DNA of 64,000 bases from positions 1,402 through 65,401 of the forward strand of contig JAFGCC010000015.1 in the NCBI GenBank assembly GCA_016932815.1, read 5' to 3'. A program made the translations under genes and the position numbers. The notes under the pieces are model-generated. The model was given only the letters and a program-made list of their open reading frames with translations. It searched no databases and was not told where the DNA came from. Shown in pieces: positions 26,055-33,620 of the stretch. This stretch comes from Candidatus Micrarchaeota archaeon (lineage in GTDB: Archaea > Micrarchaeota > Micrarchaeia > Anstonellales > Bilamarchaeaceae). Position 1 is the first letter of the stretch. Every line of letters starts with the position of its first letter.

Positions 26055-26690
26055 ATGGACTCCCTCCTGCTGTTTCTTGCCGAGCGGGGCGCGCTTGAAT
26101 CCCCATTGCGGATTACGACTGTGGAGATTGGGAATTCCAATTCAATGAGCCAGCAGAACGCATCGGTCCGCATAAGGAAACTCGCGCAATCTGGCATGGT
26201 TGAAGCCTCCCCAGCTGGAATCAGGATTACTTCCAAGGGGAGGCAAGCGCTCTCAAAAATGCATTCACGGCTTAGTTCCATACTCCTGCAAAAGAGCTTC
26301 TCTTTTAGCGGGAAGGTGGTTCGTGGCGCGGAGAAAGGGAGGTACTTCCTATCCCTTGGCGGCTATGCAGAAAGGATAAAAGATGCCGTGGGATTTGCCC
26401 CATTCCCGGGAACCATAAACCTTGAGATAGAAGAATCCCAGATTGAAGCACGGATTGCCCTGCGCGAGCACAGGGGGATACGAATCCCAGGATTCACTCA
26501 CGATGGGAAGGATTACGGGGAAGTGGAGTTATACCCCTGCACGATTATGGGGCATGAGGGGGCCATATTGTTCCCCTACCGCTCCCACCATGGGCTTAGG
26601 GTGCTCGAATTGATTTCTCCCCACGACCTATCTAAAAAAGCGGGCATTTTGGAAGGCTCCAGACTTAAGGTGGAAGTGGTTTTCCAATAG
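26055..26690 (+). CDS. ribK: CTP-dependent archaeal riboflavin kinase fused to an N-terminal winged-HTH (RbkR-like)
   Basis: The C-terminal half, GKVVRGAEKGRYFLSLGGYAERIKDAVGFAPFPGTINLEIEE...YPCTIMGHEGAILFPYRSHHG..LELISPHDL, matches the archaeal riboflavin kinase (MJ0056) family. The N-terminal roughly 75 aa (ITTVEIGNSNSMSQQNASVRIRKLAQSGMVE) looks like a wHTH, as in the bifunctional RbkR regulators. Confidence 0.8.
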   Translation: MDSLLLFLAERGALESPLRITTVEIGNSNSMSQQNASVRIRKLAQSGMVEASPAGIRITSKGRQALSKMHSRLSSILLQKSFSFSGKVVRGAEKGRYFLSLGGYAERIKDAVGFAPFPGTINLEIEESQIEARIALREHRGIRIPGFTHDGKDYGEVELYPCTIMGHEGAILFPYRSHHGLRVLELISPHDLSKKAGILEGSRLKVEVVFQ

Positions 26691-26720
26691 GTTTTTAGGC
26701 GTTTTCTTCCACGTTAAATT

Positions 26721-27083
26721 ATGGGGAAGCATAAGCACGTCCGCCCCTCGGAATCCCCAAAGGAGGGGCAGGGTGCACCCGAAGCCAGGCATTCTAGCAT
26801 TCCGGCGGAAGCAGAGCACATTAGGCGCACCGGCAGGAAATCCCGCACTGGCAGCATCCGGCTTCCCCGCCTAAAGCTCAGGGAATTCATCTCGCTCATG
26901 GGGAAGCTGGGGTACGAAGTGGTGGACAAACGCCGCCACTTCAAGCTGGCTGCCGAAGGCCGTCCTCCGATTACCGTGCCAAACGACAGGGAGGTGGCGG
27001 TAGGGAACCTCAGGGACATAATCACCAAGCACCTGGGATGGACCAAGGAAGAATTCGTGAGATTCTACGAGGAGAACAAATGA
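26721..27083 (+). CDS. HicA/YcfA-like protein with a basic N-terminal extension (copy 1)
   Basis: 120 aa. The C-terminal 65 aa, LKLREFISLMGKLGYEVVDKRRHFKLAAEGRPPITVPNDREVAVGNLRDIITKHLGWTKEEF, fit the HicA dsRBD-like pattern. The usual GSH is RRH here. The N-terminus MGKHKH... is basic and probably disordered. Confidence 0.6.
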   Translation: MGKHKHVRPSESPKEGQGAPEARHSSIPAEAEHIRRTGRKSRTGSIRLPRLKLREFISLMGKLGYEVVDKRRHFKLAAEGRPPITVPNDREVAVGNLRDIITKHLGWTKEEFVRFYEENK

Positions 27084-27182
27084 GCCCCGCATCCCCAGAA
27101 GCAATCCTTGCTTAAAGGGCTATTTGTTGTGATAAAAGGTAGTTTGTGATAGCTTTTTAAATAGTATTACTCATATATACCC

Positions 27183-27554
27183 ATGGGTAAACACAAACGC
27201 AGGATGCACGGAGAAAAAAACAAATTCATGTCCCCGCAGCCTAAGCCGGCATTCCCCTCTCCCCAGACCATGCAGGAGGGAATCATGGGCGGCAGGCAGT
27301 TTTCCGGTACCGCGAGAAACAAGAATGCTCCACTTCCCAACATGAAATGCAGGGAGCTAATGGGCATACTGCACACTATCGGATATGAAGTCTCCCGCAA
27401 AAAGGGCTCCCACATACAGCTTAGGGCGGATGGGCTTCCCCCCGTAACTGTGCCCAACCACACCGAGATTGCAACCGGAACCCTGAGGAAGATAATCTCG
27501 CAAATCGGGATGAGCAAGGAACAGTTTGTGGCAGTATACCAAAAGTGCGCTTAA
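27183..27554 (+). CDS. HicA/YcfA-like protein with a basic N-terminal extension (copy 2)
   Basis: 123 aa. MKCRELMGILHTIGYEVSRKKGSHIQLRADGLPPVTVPNHTEIATGTLRKIISQIGMSKEQF carries the canonical HicA GSH and PxH..ei..gtlr.I motifs. A TATA-like CTTTTTAAATAG lies about 25 nt upstream of the ATG. Confidence 0.7.
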   Translation: MGKHKRRMHGEKNKFMSPQPKPAFPSPQTMQEGIMGGRQFSGTARNKNAPLPNMKCRELMGILHTIGYEVSRKKGSHIQLRADGLPPVTVPNHTEIATGTLRKIISQIGMSKEQFVAVYQKCA

Positions 27555-27757
27555 ACTCGTGCATAGCCTGGTTGGAATCTGCGGCAATTTTTCCCATGCC
27601 CCCACTAACCACCATTCCTTTTATTCTTTGCTCCGCCTACATATACAACCATGAAGCATAATGCCCCCAAGAGGGGGGCCATTCCTCCCCTAAGGCTGGC
27701 AGGCCCCGCTTCCCAAAGGCGGGGCTTGGGGGGAAGCAGCCAAATTACGAGAGGATA

Positions 27758-28519
27758 ATGCGCAGCAGGAAGAATTCGCTAATCCTATCTAGGCTCTGGA
27801 GGGAGCTGGTAAACCCCGAAAAGAGGATGGAGCTGGAAGGCCCATTCCTCAGCAGGCACCTCCCTTCCCCAGAAGGCTCACTAATCCTGGATTCCTGCCT
27901 GGGTTCGGGAGCGACTTCGGTTTACCTACTGCAGAACGGATACAGGGTATTGTCAAACGAGATTGATGAAGGCATGCTCAAGGAAGCTTGCAAATACGCA
28001 GTTGAACGGGGCGTCTCCCTTGATACCTCTTCCCTTGACTGGAGGAACCTCTCAGGCAAATTCCCGCATCCTTTTGCGGAGGCGGTCCTTTGCATGGGGA
28101 ATTCACTTACATACTTATTCGAAAAGGAAGAGCAGGTTGCGGCGCTAAAGAACTTTCATGCAATCCTAAAAGACAGGGGGGCGCTGATTGCGGATATGCG
28201 CAACTACCCTAGGATGCTGCGCGAGAGGGAGCGCATCCTAAACAACCCCGAAGCATTCAGGGAATTCAACAGGCACGTTTACTGCGGAACGGACGCGGTC
28301 CCCATCACCCCCCTGGTCCTAGAGGAAAAAGAGGTGGTGCTAGCTTATAGCAACCTACAGAGGCAGGAATCCGGGTTGCTCAGGCTCTACCCGTTTGGGG
28401 TTGGGGAGTTTGCCGGGCTCCTTCTGCAAGCTGGCTTTTCAAAAATATCCGTTTTCTCAGACTACAGGCAGGGCATCGAAGAGAATGCGTGCTTCTTCCA
28501 ATTCGTTTGCGAAAAGTGA
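27758..28519 (+). CDS. Class I SAM-dependent methyltransferase (glycine/sarcosine-N-methyltransferase-like layout)
   Basis: Motif I is LILDSCLGSGATSVYLLQNGYRVLSNEID. The post-I acidic residue is present. AVLCMGNSLTYL resembles GNMT-type motif IV. Confidence 0.75.
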   Translation: MRSRKNSLILSRLWRELVNPEKRMELEGPFLSRHLPSPEGSLILDSCLGSGATSVYLLQNGYRVLSNEIDEGMLKEACKYAVERGVSLDTSSLDWRNLSGKFPHPFAEAVLCMGNSLTYLFEKEEQVAALKNFHAILKDRGALIADMRNYPRMLRERERILNNPEAFREFNRHVYCGTDAVPITPLVLEEKEVVLAYSNLQRQESGLLRLYPFGVGEFAGLLLQAGFSKISVFSDYRQGIEENACFFQFVCEK

Positions 28520-28526
28520 GGATGAA

Positions 28527-28783
28527 GGAACGGGAGGAATAGCCTGCCTTCTGTATCCGCGCCCAAAGGCGCATTGCGGCATTATACTAAGCGCCAAAAA
28601 CCGGCTTGCACCTTCATCTGGCCTTCGCGGGCCGTTTCATCCTCGCTGCGGACATCTCGTTTCCTCATGGTAAGCCCGCACAGGTCTCGTTTCTGTTCCC
28701 GCTAAGAGCCCCCTTAAGGGGCCTTTGCCTCTGGTGGGCAGAGCTTCCTCCGGAGTGCCCGGTGAGCCGCTGCCTCCCGTTCC
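28527..28783 (-). ncRNA. rnpB: RNase P RNA (compact archaeal form, about 257 nt)
   Basis: The minus-strand RNA begins GGAACGGGAGG and ends CCUCCCGUUCC, a perfect 11-bp P1. CR-I-like CCGGAGGAAGCUCUGCCC pairs with the 3' GGCAGGCU to form P4 with a single bulged U on the 5' strand. AACAGAAACGAGACC is CR-II-like. GGAUGAAACGG is CR-III-like. GAUACAGAAGGCAGGCUAU is CR-V (ACAGAA..GGCUxA). These elements occur in the canonical order. A TATA box lies 25-33 nt upstream. No credible ORF covers the region. Confidence 0.78.
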
Positions 28784-28807
28784 AATGTTTTTTTGGAGCG
28801 CACCTGG

Positions 28808-28816
28808 TATATATAG
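28808..28816 (-). promoter_or_regulatory. TATA box for the RNase P RNA gene
   Basis: The minus strand reads CTATATATA, with 24 nt between it and the GGAACGGGAGG 5' end of the RNA. Confidence 0.55.
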
Positions 28817-28941
28817 ATATGGGTTAGCGGAATTGCGGAAAGCTACCCCCTTCTCCTTTATATAAGATTTCGTGCAAATATTGGATAGAGCGTTCCCGAA
28901 AGGGGCGCGGATATATTGAGTGCCCAAAAAAGGGCACGGAC

Positions 28942-29250
28942 GTGGAAAACATGGAAGAAAAAATAGAGGAATTCGAGGAAATAGAGGAATCCCCTTCAGG
29001 GGAGCAGGAAGCATCTTCCCAGAACCGGGGATACTCCCGGGACGGGGAGGGTTCTTCCGGAAGCGGCCCGCGCCCGGATTTCAGGGTCATGCAACCCGAC
29101 CGGGACAAGGACGGGAACTCCATACTAAAAAACGTGGGGGGCATGTGGAAGAAAACCAGCAAGAACGGAAACGAGTTCTACGTTTTGAGCATAGGAAGGC
29201 TCAGCCTACTTGTTTTCAAGAATGATAAGCAGGGTGGTTTCGATGAGTGA
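28942..29250 (+). CDS. Small acidic-N-terminus protein with a DUF736-like C-terminal half; translationally coupled to radA
   Basis: 102 aa from GTG 28942, or 99 aa from ATG 28951. [10 protein letters not shown]...[31 protein letters not shown] resembles my recollection of the DUF736 core (GPdfRi...GAaWkK.s..g..YLSvkLD). Its stop TGA at 29248-29250 overlaps the radA ATG 29243 (ATGAGTGA). A TATA-like ATATATT at 28911-28917 is followed by the inverted repeat GTGCCCaaaaaaGGGCAC at 28920-28937. Confidence 0.5.
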   Translation: MENMEEKIEEFEEIEESPSGEQEASSQNRGYSRDGEGSSGSGPRPDFRVMQPDRDKDGNSILKNVGGMWKKTSKNGNEFYVLSIGRLSLLVFKNDKQGGFDE

Positions 29251-30214
29251 AAAGGACAAGGAGAAGAAGTACGAGCTGGTAAAGGAGCTAGAAGACCTCC
29301 CCGGAATAGGGGGGGTTACCGCGGACAAGCTTAGGAACGCGGGATACGAATCCATACAGCAGATTGCGGCTTCAAGCCCGCACGAACTAGCAGAAGCGGG
29401 AGAGTTCGGGGTGGAGGCTGCGAAGAAGGCGATTGCGGCTTCAAAGGATGCAATCGAGACCGGCTTCGAATCGGCAGACGAAATTCTGGAGAGGAGGAAG
29501 CAGATAAAGAGGATTCCCACAGGCTCAAAGGCGCTTGACGAGCTTCTTGGAGGAGGCGTGGAAACGCAGTCCATAACCGAATGTTTCGGAAAATTTTCTT
29601 CAGGGAAAAGCCAGGTGGGGTTCCAGATTGCGGTAAATGCGCAGTCTGCCCTTGCAGACGAATCCGGGATTCCGCCCAAGGTGCTGTTCATTGATACCGA
29701 GAGCACCTTCCGGCCAGAGAGGATTGTGCAGCTTGCAGAGTCCGCGGGCATGGACCCGGAGGCAACGCTGAAGAACCTGCTCGTAGCGCGGGCAGAGAAC
29801 TCGGACCACCAGATTCTCCTCCTAGAAAAAGCCGAGGAGATGATAAAGACCGAAAACGTGAAGCTGATAATCGTGGATTCGCTAACGTCGCAGTTCCGCT
29901 CGGATTATGTGGGCAGGGGCGCGCTTGGGGAGAGGCAGCAGAAATTGAACAAGCACGTGCACATGCTCCAGAAATACGCGGACAAGTACAACCTGGCAAT
30001 TTACGTTACCAACCAGGTAATGGACAACCCCGCAATCCTTTTTGGGGACCCGACCACCCCTATTGGGGGGCACGTCTTAGCACACGCTGCAACCTACCGC
30101 GTCTACTTGCGCAAGAGCAAGGAGAGCAAGAGGATTGCGAGGCTTATAGACAGCCCGAGCCTTCCCGAAGGGGAAGCGGTATTCAAGGTAACTTCAAGCG
30201 GGATTGGGGACTAA
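29243..30214 (+). CDS. radA: DNA repair and recombination protein RadA
   Basis: The N-terminal HhH is [27 protein letters not shown]. Walker A is [12 protein letters not shown]. Walker B is [19 protein letters not shown] and [19 protein letters not shown] are also present. ATG 29243 ([13 protein letters not shown]) is preferred over the track start 29210. Confidence 0.93.
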   Translation: MSEKDKEKKYELVKELEDLPGIGGVTADKLRNAGYESIQQIAASSPHELAEAGEFGVEAAKKAIAASKDAIETGFESADEILERRKQIKRIPTGSKALDELLGGGVETQSITECFGKFSSGKSQVGFQIAVNAQSALADESGIPPKVLFIDTESTFRPERIVQLAESAGMDPEATLKNLLVARAENSDHQILLLEKAEEMIKTENVKLIIVDSLTSQFRSDYVGRGALGERQQKLNKHVHMLQKYADKYNLAIYVTNQVMDNPAILFGDPTTPIGGHVLAHAATYRVYLRKSKESKRIARLIDSPSLPEGEAVFKVTSSGIGD

Positions 30215-30239
30215 TCCCCTTCCTTCTTTTTTGATTTTT

Positions 30240-32924
30240 ATGGAACTATCCTCCAACGCGCAGGAATTCCTGGATAGATGCGAGGAAGCCAGAAAGGTTG
30301 CACTCTCTTTTTCAGACCCGCTGTTGGTATATCATTATGACAGCGTATCCGGGGACACCGAACTCTTAGCTTCATACGGGCAATTCAAGGGAAAAATAAA
30401 GATATCCGAGTTGTTCAACCTAGCTGAAAAGGATTTTCCAGCATATATGCGGAGCGACGGAAAGGAGGTTATCGAACCGGACAATCTTTGGGCGTTCTCA
30501 TTAAGGAAAAGTGGGGAAGTCACCCTCTCCAAAGTAAAAGCCCTAATCAAGCACAGGAGCAGCAAGAAGATGTACAGGGTGGAAACGCCATATGGCGCCG
30601 TAGAACTTACCTCCGACCATTCCCTGATTTCCATATCTGAAGATAGGATACAGGAGGTCCGCCCGGCAGATGTGGAATTTGTCGCAATCCCGATGGAATA
30701 TCCCAGCTTGGGAGGTTCATTAATCATTGACCTTGAAAAAAACGGGCTATTGCCAAGGCACAAGACCGTTTTTATTGGGGGAAAGAGGAGATATGTTGTC
30801 AGCAATAAGGTAAACAAGGTTGCCCTAGACCCAGTTATCCGGGTAGATGATGACCTGATGTCTTTCTTCGGTCTTTGGATTGCTGATGGCTGTTTTATGC
30901 ACCGAAAGGGGAGGGAGGGGGTAAGAGTTTCATGTTATTCCGAAGTTGAAACGAAGACCATCATTGACCGGGTTTTTGCCTTGTTTGGTTCGGTTCCCAC
31001 TGTTGCTGATGAGGGCATTACGGCAGTAACCTGCAACAAAGCATTGTATAATCTGATGAACCATCTTGGTTTCTTTCATGGTTCGAGGGAAAAGCGGGTT
31101 CCGGGATGGGTTTTCGGAATGAAGGAAAACCTAATCGCAGCGTTCCTCAGGGGATATTTCTCCGGGGATGGCACAGTGAGCAAGGGAGACATCAATGCAA
31201 CCACCCATTCAGATGGCCTTGCCAGGGATATTGTTTCCCTCCTTCTTTTTTTTGGAATCAGGGCGAGGATACGCAAAGATTCTCCAGGCAGCAAGATAAG
31301 CATAAACGCAGGGCAGCAAAAAAGAATTTTCATGGAAAAAATCTCATTTCTCCAAGAGAAAAAATGTGCTAAAGTTAGGCTGTTGCATAAGGGGAGATCC
31401 AATTACCCGGATTACATCCCCCTCTCTAGCGAAACGTTGCATTCAATGATGGGGCATCTTCCAAATTCTGGAAGGCACAGGCTCAGGGCAGCACTCGCCG
31501 CCTCTAAGCCTGTCACTCGTAATTTTTTGGAATCCTTCTCCGGTTTTTTCCCCAAGCGCCTGTGCGGGAGAATATCCTCCCTAATACACTCTAAGCTTTA
31601 CTGGGAGAAGCCAGTTGCGGTGCGTCTGGTAGGATGTGCAACCGTTGTTTATGATGTTGCAACAGATGAGGGAAACTTTGTTTGTGAGAATATCGTTGTC
31701 AAAAATACGGATGGGATATGCTCAGGCGCAATCGCACAGTCTGCGTTCATAACAGAGAACAGGAAGTTCCGCCCGTATCCCACAAAGAAGCTTGATGATG
31801 AAGTGATAGAAAAAATCGCGCATGAAAAGGAAATCGTTTTCGTGGATTTGGGAGGGGGAAACAAGCGCGTAAACGAGCTTGGGGACGTAGTAATAATAGA
31901 CCACCACCAGACCGCAGGAATAGAAAAGCTCCAGGCAAACCCGCTCTTATTTGGGATAGACGGTGGAAGCGACCTATCCGCTTCTGCGGCAACATCATTG
32001 GTTTTCAACCACCATTTTGATTTGGGGGTAACAGGCGCAGTGGGGGATATGCAGTATCCCCTAAAGGGAATGAACCGCTACGTATTAGAGCGCGGGGTTG
32101 AGGCGGGGGAGATTGAAGCGAAAAACGACCTTACGATGTATGGAAGGCATTCGCGCCCGCTATTGGATTTCCTGGCATATTCGGATGAGCCGTTCCTCCC
32201 TTCTCTTAGCTACAATGTTGAAAACTGCGAGAAGTTCCTCTCCGATTTGGGAATAAGCCTAAAAGAGGAAGAAAGATGGAAAACATATTCCGAGCTGGAT
32301 TTTGCAGAAAAGAAAAAGCTCGTTTCCGCACTAGCAAAACTCCTAATAGACAAGAACATGGCGTGGGCGGCAGAAAGGCTCGTGGGGGAAACGTATCTCC
32401 TAAAAAAACGCAAGGGGCAGCCGGGAACGTACGATGCATCGGAATTCTCCACCGTGCTAAATGCGTGCGGGAGGAATTCGCATCCGGAAACCGGAGTAGC
32501 ATTATGCTTAGAGGAAGAAGGCGCATACGATGCGGCAATCTCCCTCCTAAAAAAGCACAAGAACGCAATCCGCGAAGGCGTTCTCTTTGCAAAAGAAACG
32601 ATAAACGATTTTGGCCCGTTCTTTTTCATAGACGCAAGGGGGGTGATAGCGGATTCCATAATAGGAATCGTGTGCGGGATGGTATCAGGAGGCAGGAAGA
32701 AGCCGGTGCTCGGAGCAGCGCTCTCCGAATCCGGAATCAAGGTTTCCTCAAGGGGCACGAACAAGCTAGTTGACGCCGGGCTGAACCTGGGCGCAATGAT
32801 GAATTGCGCTTCGGAGAAGGTGGGCGGAATCGGAGGGGGGCACAGGATTGCAGCGGGCGCGAACATCCCCGAAGGGACGCTGAATCCGTTCCTTGCAGCG
32901 GCCGCGGAATTTTTACGGCAATAA
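30240..32924 (+). CDS. Archaeal RecJ/Cdc45-like DHH-DHHA1 nuclease (GAN-like), interrupted by an intein
   Basis: The exteins join as ...DPLLVYHYD|TDGICSGAIAQSAF..., restoring DHH motif I (DxDG). Motif III is VVIIDHHQT. The DHHA1 motif is GGIGGGHRIAAGANI. ATG 30240 (MELSSNAQEF) is preferred over the track start 30204. The mature protein would be about 439 aa. Confidence 0.85.
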   Translation: MELSSNAQEFLDRCEEARKVALSFSDPLLVYHYDSVSGDTELLASYGQFKGKIKISELFNLAEKDFPAYMRSDGKEVIEPDNLWAFSLRKSGEVTLSKVKALIKHRSSKKMYRVETPYGAVELTSDHSLISISEDRIQEVRPADVEFVAIPMEYPSLGGSLIIDLEKNGLLPRHKTVFIGGKRRYVVSNKVNKVALDPVIRVDDDLMSFFGLWIADGCFMHRKGREGVRVSCYSEVETKTIIDRVFALFGSVPTVADEGITAVTCNKALYNLMNHLGFFHGSREKRVPGWVFGMKENLIAAFLRGYFSGDGTVSKGDINATTHSDGLARDIVSLLLFFGIRARIRKDSPGSKISINAGQQKRIFMEKISFLQEKKCAKVRLLHKGRSNYPDYIPLSSETLHSMMGHLPNSGRHRLRAALAASKPVTRNFLESFSGFFPKRLCGRISSLIHSKLYWEKPVAVRLVGCATVVYDVATDEGNFVCENIVVKNTDGICSGAIAQSAFITENRKFRPYPTKKLDDEVIEKIAHEKEIVFVDLGGGNKRVNELGDVVIIDHHQTAGIEKLQANPLLFGIDGGSDLSASAATSLVFNHHFDLGVTGAVGDMQYPLKGMNRYVLERGVEAGEIEAKNDLTMYGRHSRPLLDFLAYSDEPFLPSLSYNVENCEKFLSDLGISLKEEERWKTYSELDFAEKKKLVSALAKLLIDKNMAWAAERLVGETYLLKKRKGQPGTYDASEFSTVLNACGRNSHPETGVALCLEEEGAYDAAISLLKKHKNAIREGVLFAKETINDFGPFFFIDARGVIADSIIGIVCGMVSGGRKKPVLGAALSESGIKVSSRGTNKLVDAGLNLGAMMNCASEKVGGIGGGHRIAAGANIPEGTLNPFLAAAAEFLRQ
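30342..31706 (+). mobile_element. Intein (455 aa) with a LAGLIDADG homing-endonuclease domain
   Basis: Block A is SVSGDTELL (Ser1). Block B is LTSDHSL (TxxH). The LAGLIDADG motifs are FFGLWIADGCF and AFLRGYFSGDGTV. Block F is VVYDVATDEG. Block G is NFVCENIVVKN, followed by the +1 Thr. It is in frame, with no stops. Confidence 0.85.
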
Positions 32925-33620
32925 GCGGAGTGGAGCATTGCTCGGTTTTTATATCTTTTGAAGAATAATCTCCAGCATGGAGAGCATGGGCACGCGCCTT
33001 TTGAACGGGCCCGCCCCCAGGATGATTAAACCAATCCCCTCAGTTTCAAGGCCGCTTAGGGTGCCAGAGAGGATTCCAAAATCCTTTGTAATGTTCAACA
33101 GGGGAGGCTTAGTGGAACCAATCCGCTCCCAGCCTCCGGTATTGTCTATGCGCGCAAGCAAGCCTGTCCAGGGAAAAAGCGATGGGCATTCCGGGAAATC
33201 CCAGAGCGCGTCCTTCGCAGTTGACATTGGAGAAAGCCTGCAGGAGGCCAGGGAGTCCGCAACGAAATCCGTAAAGGATCTGGGCCTTGCAATAACCACC
33301 GCAATCCTGGCAGCACAGAACACCCTAAAATCCAAGGGGCTGCATTTTAAGAACGAGGGGAAATACAAGCCCACCTGGATGCTAAGCTGGTTCTGGTGGT
33401 ATTCTTACGTTCGTGCAATGTGCAGGAAGATATGGGAATCAACATCGCTGGTCGCTGCCAAGATGTCCTCAAGCCCGTTGTCCGCAGATGCACGCGCACC
33501 GTTCCAGACATAAATCTTTTTTTTGCGCCAAACGAATTTTTTTCCGCGGAAAATCTATTTTTTCGTCAAAAAACTGCGCAACGTTTTTATAGTTTGCGTT
33601 TGTAGTATTTTCGTGAAAGC

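Noticed and set aside
26714-27517. Minus-strand ORFs 26714-27046 and 27167-27517 mirroring the two HicA-like genes
   Set aside because: They are antisense shadows. The plus-strand products carry recognisable HicA motifs and have TATA boxes at the right distance. The minus products have no motifs.
28527-28794. Plus-strand orientation for the RNase P-like RNA (ends in a T7 run at 28786-28794; contains GGUAAGCCCGCAC and GGGAGGAAUAGCC)
   Set aside because: In the plus orientation the P4 bulge would fall on the wrong strand, no ACAGAA..GGCU element lies near the 3' end, and no promoter lies upstream. In the minus orientation CR-I, II, III and V fall in the correct order with a canonical TATA at -25 to -33. 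The T-run may instead terminate methyltransferase transcripts.
28395-29014. Track ORFs 28395-28673 (+), 28606-28827 (+), 28637-29014 (-) and 28824-29162 (-)
   Set aside because: They overlap the RNase P RNA and its promoter. Their translations are Pro/Arg/Gly/Cys-rich with no start signals. The RNA explains the region better.
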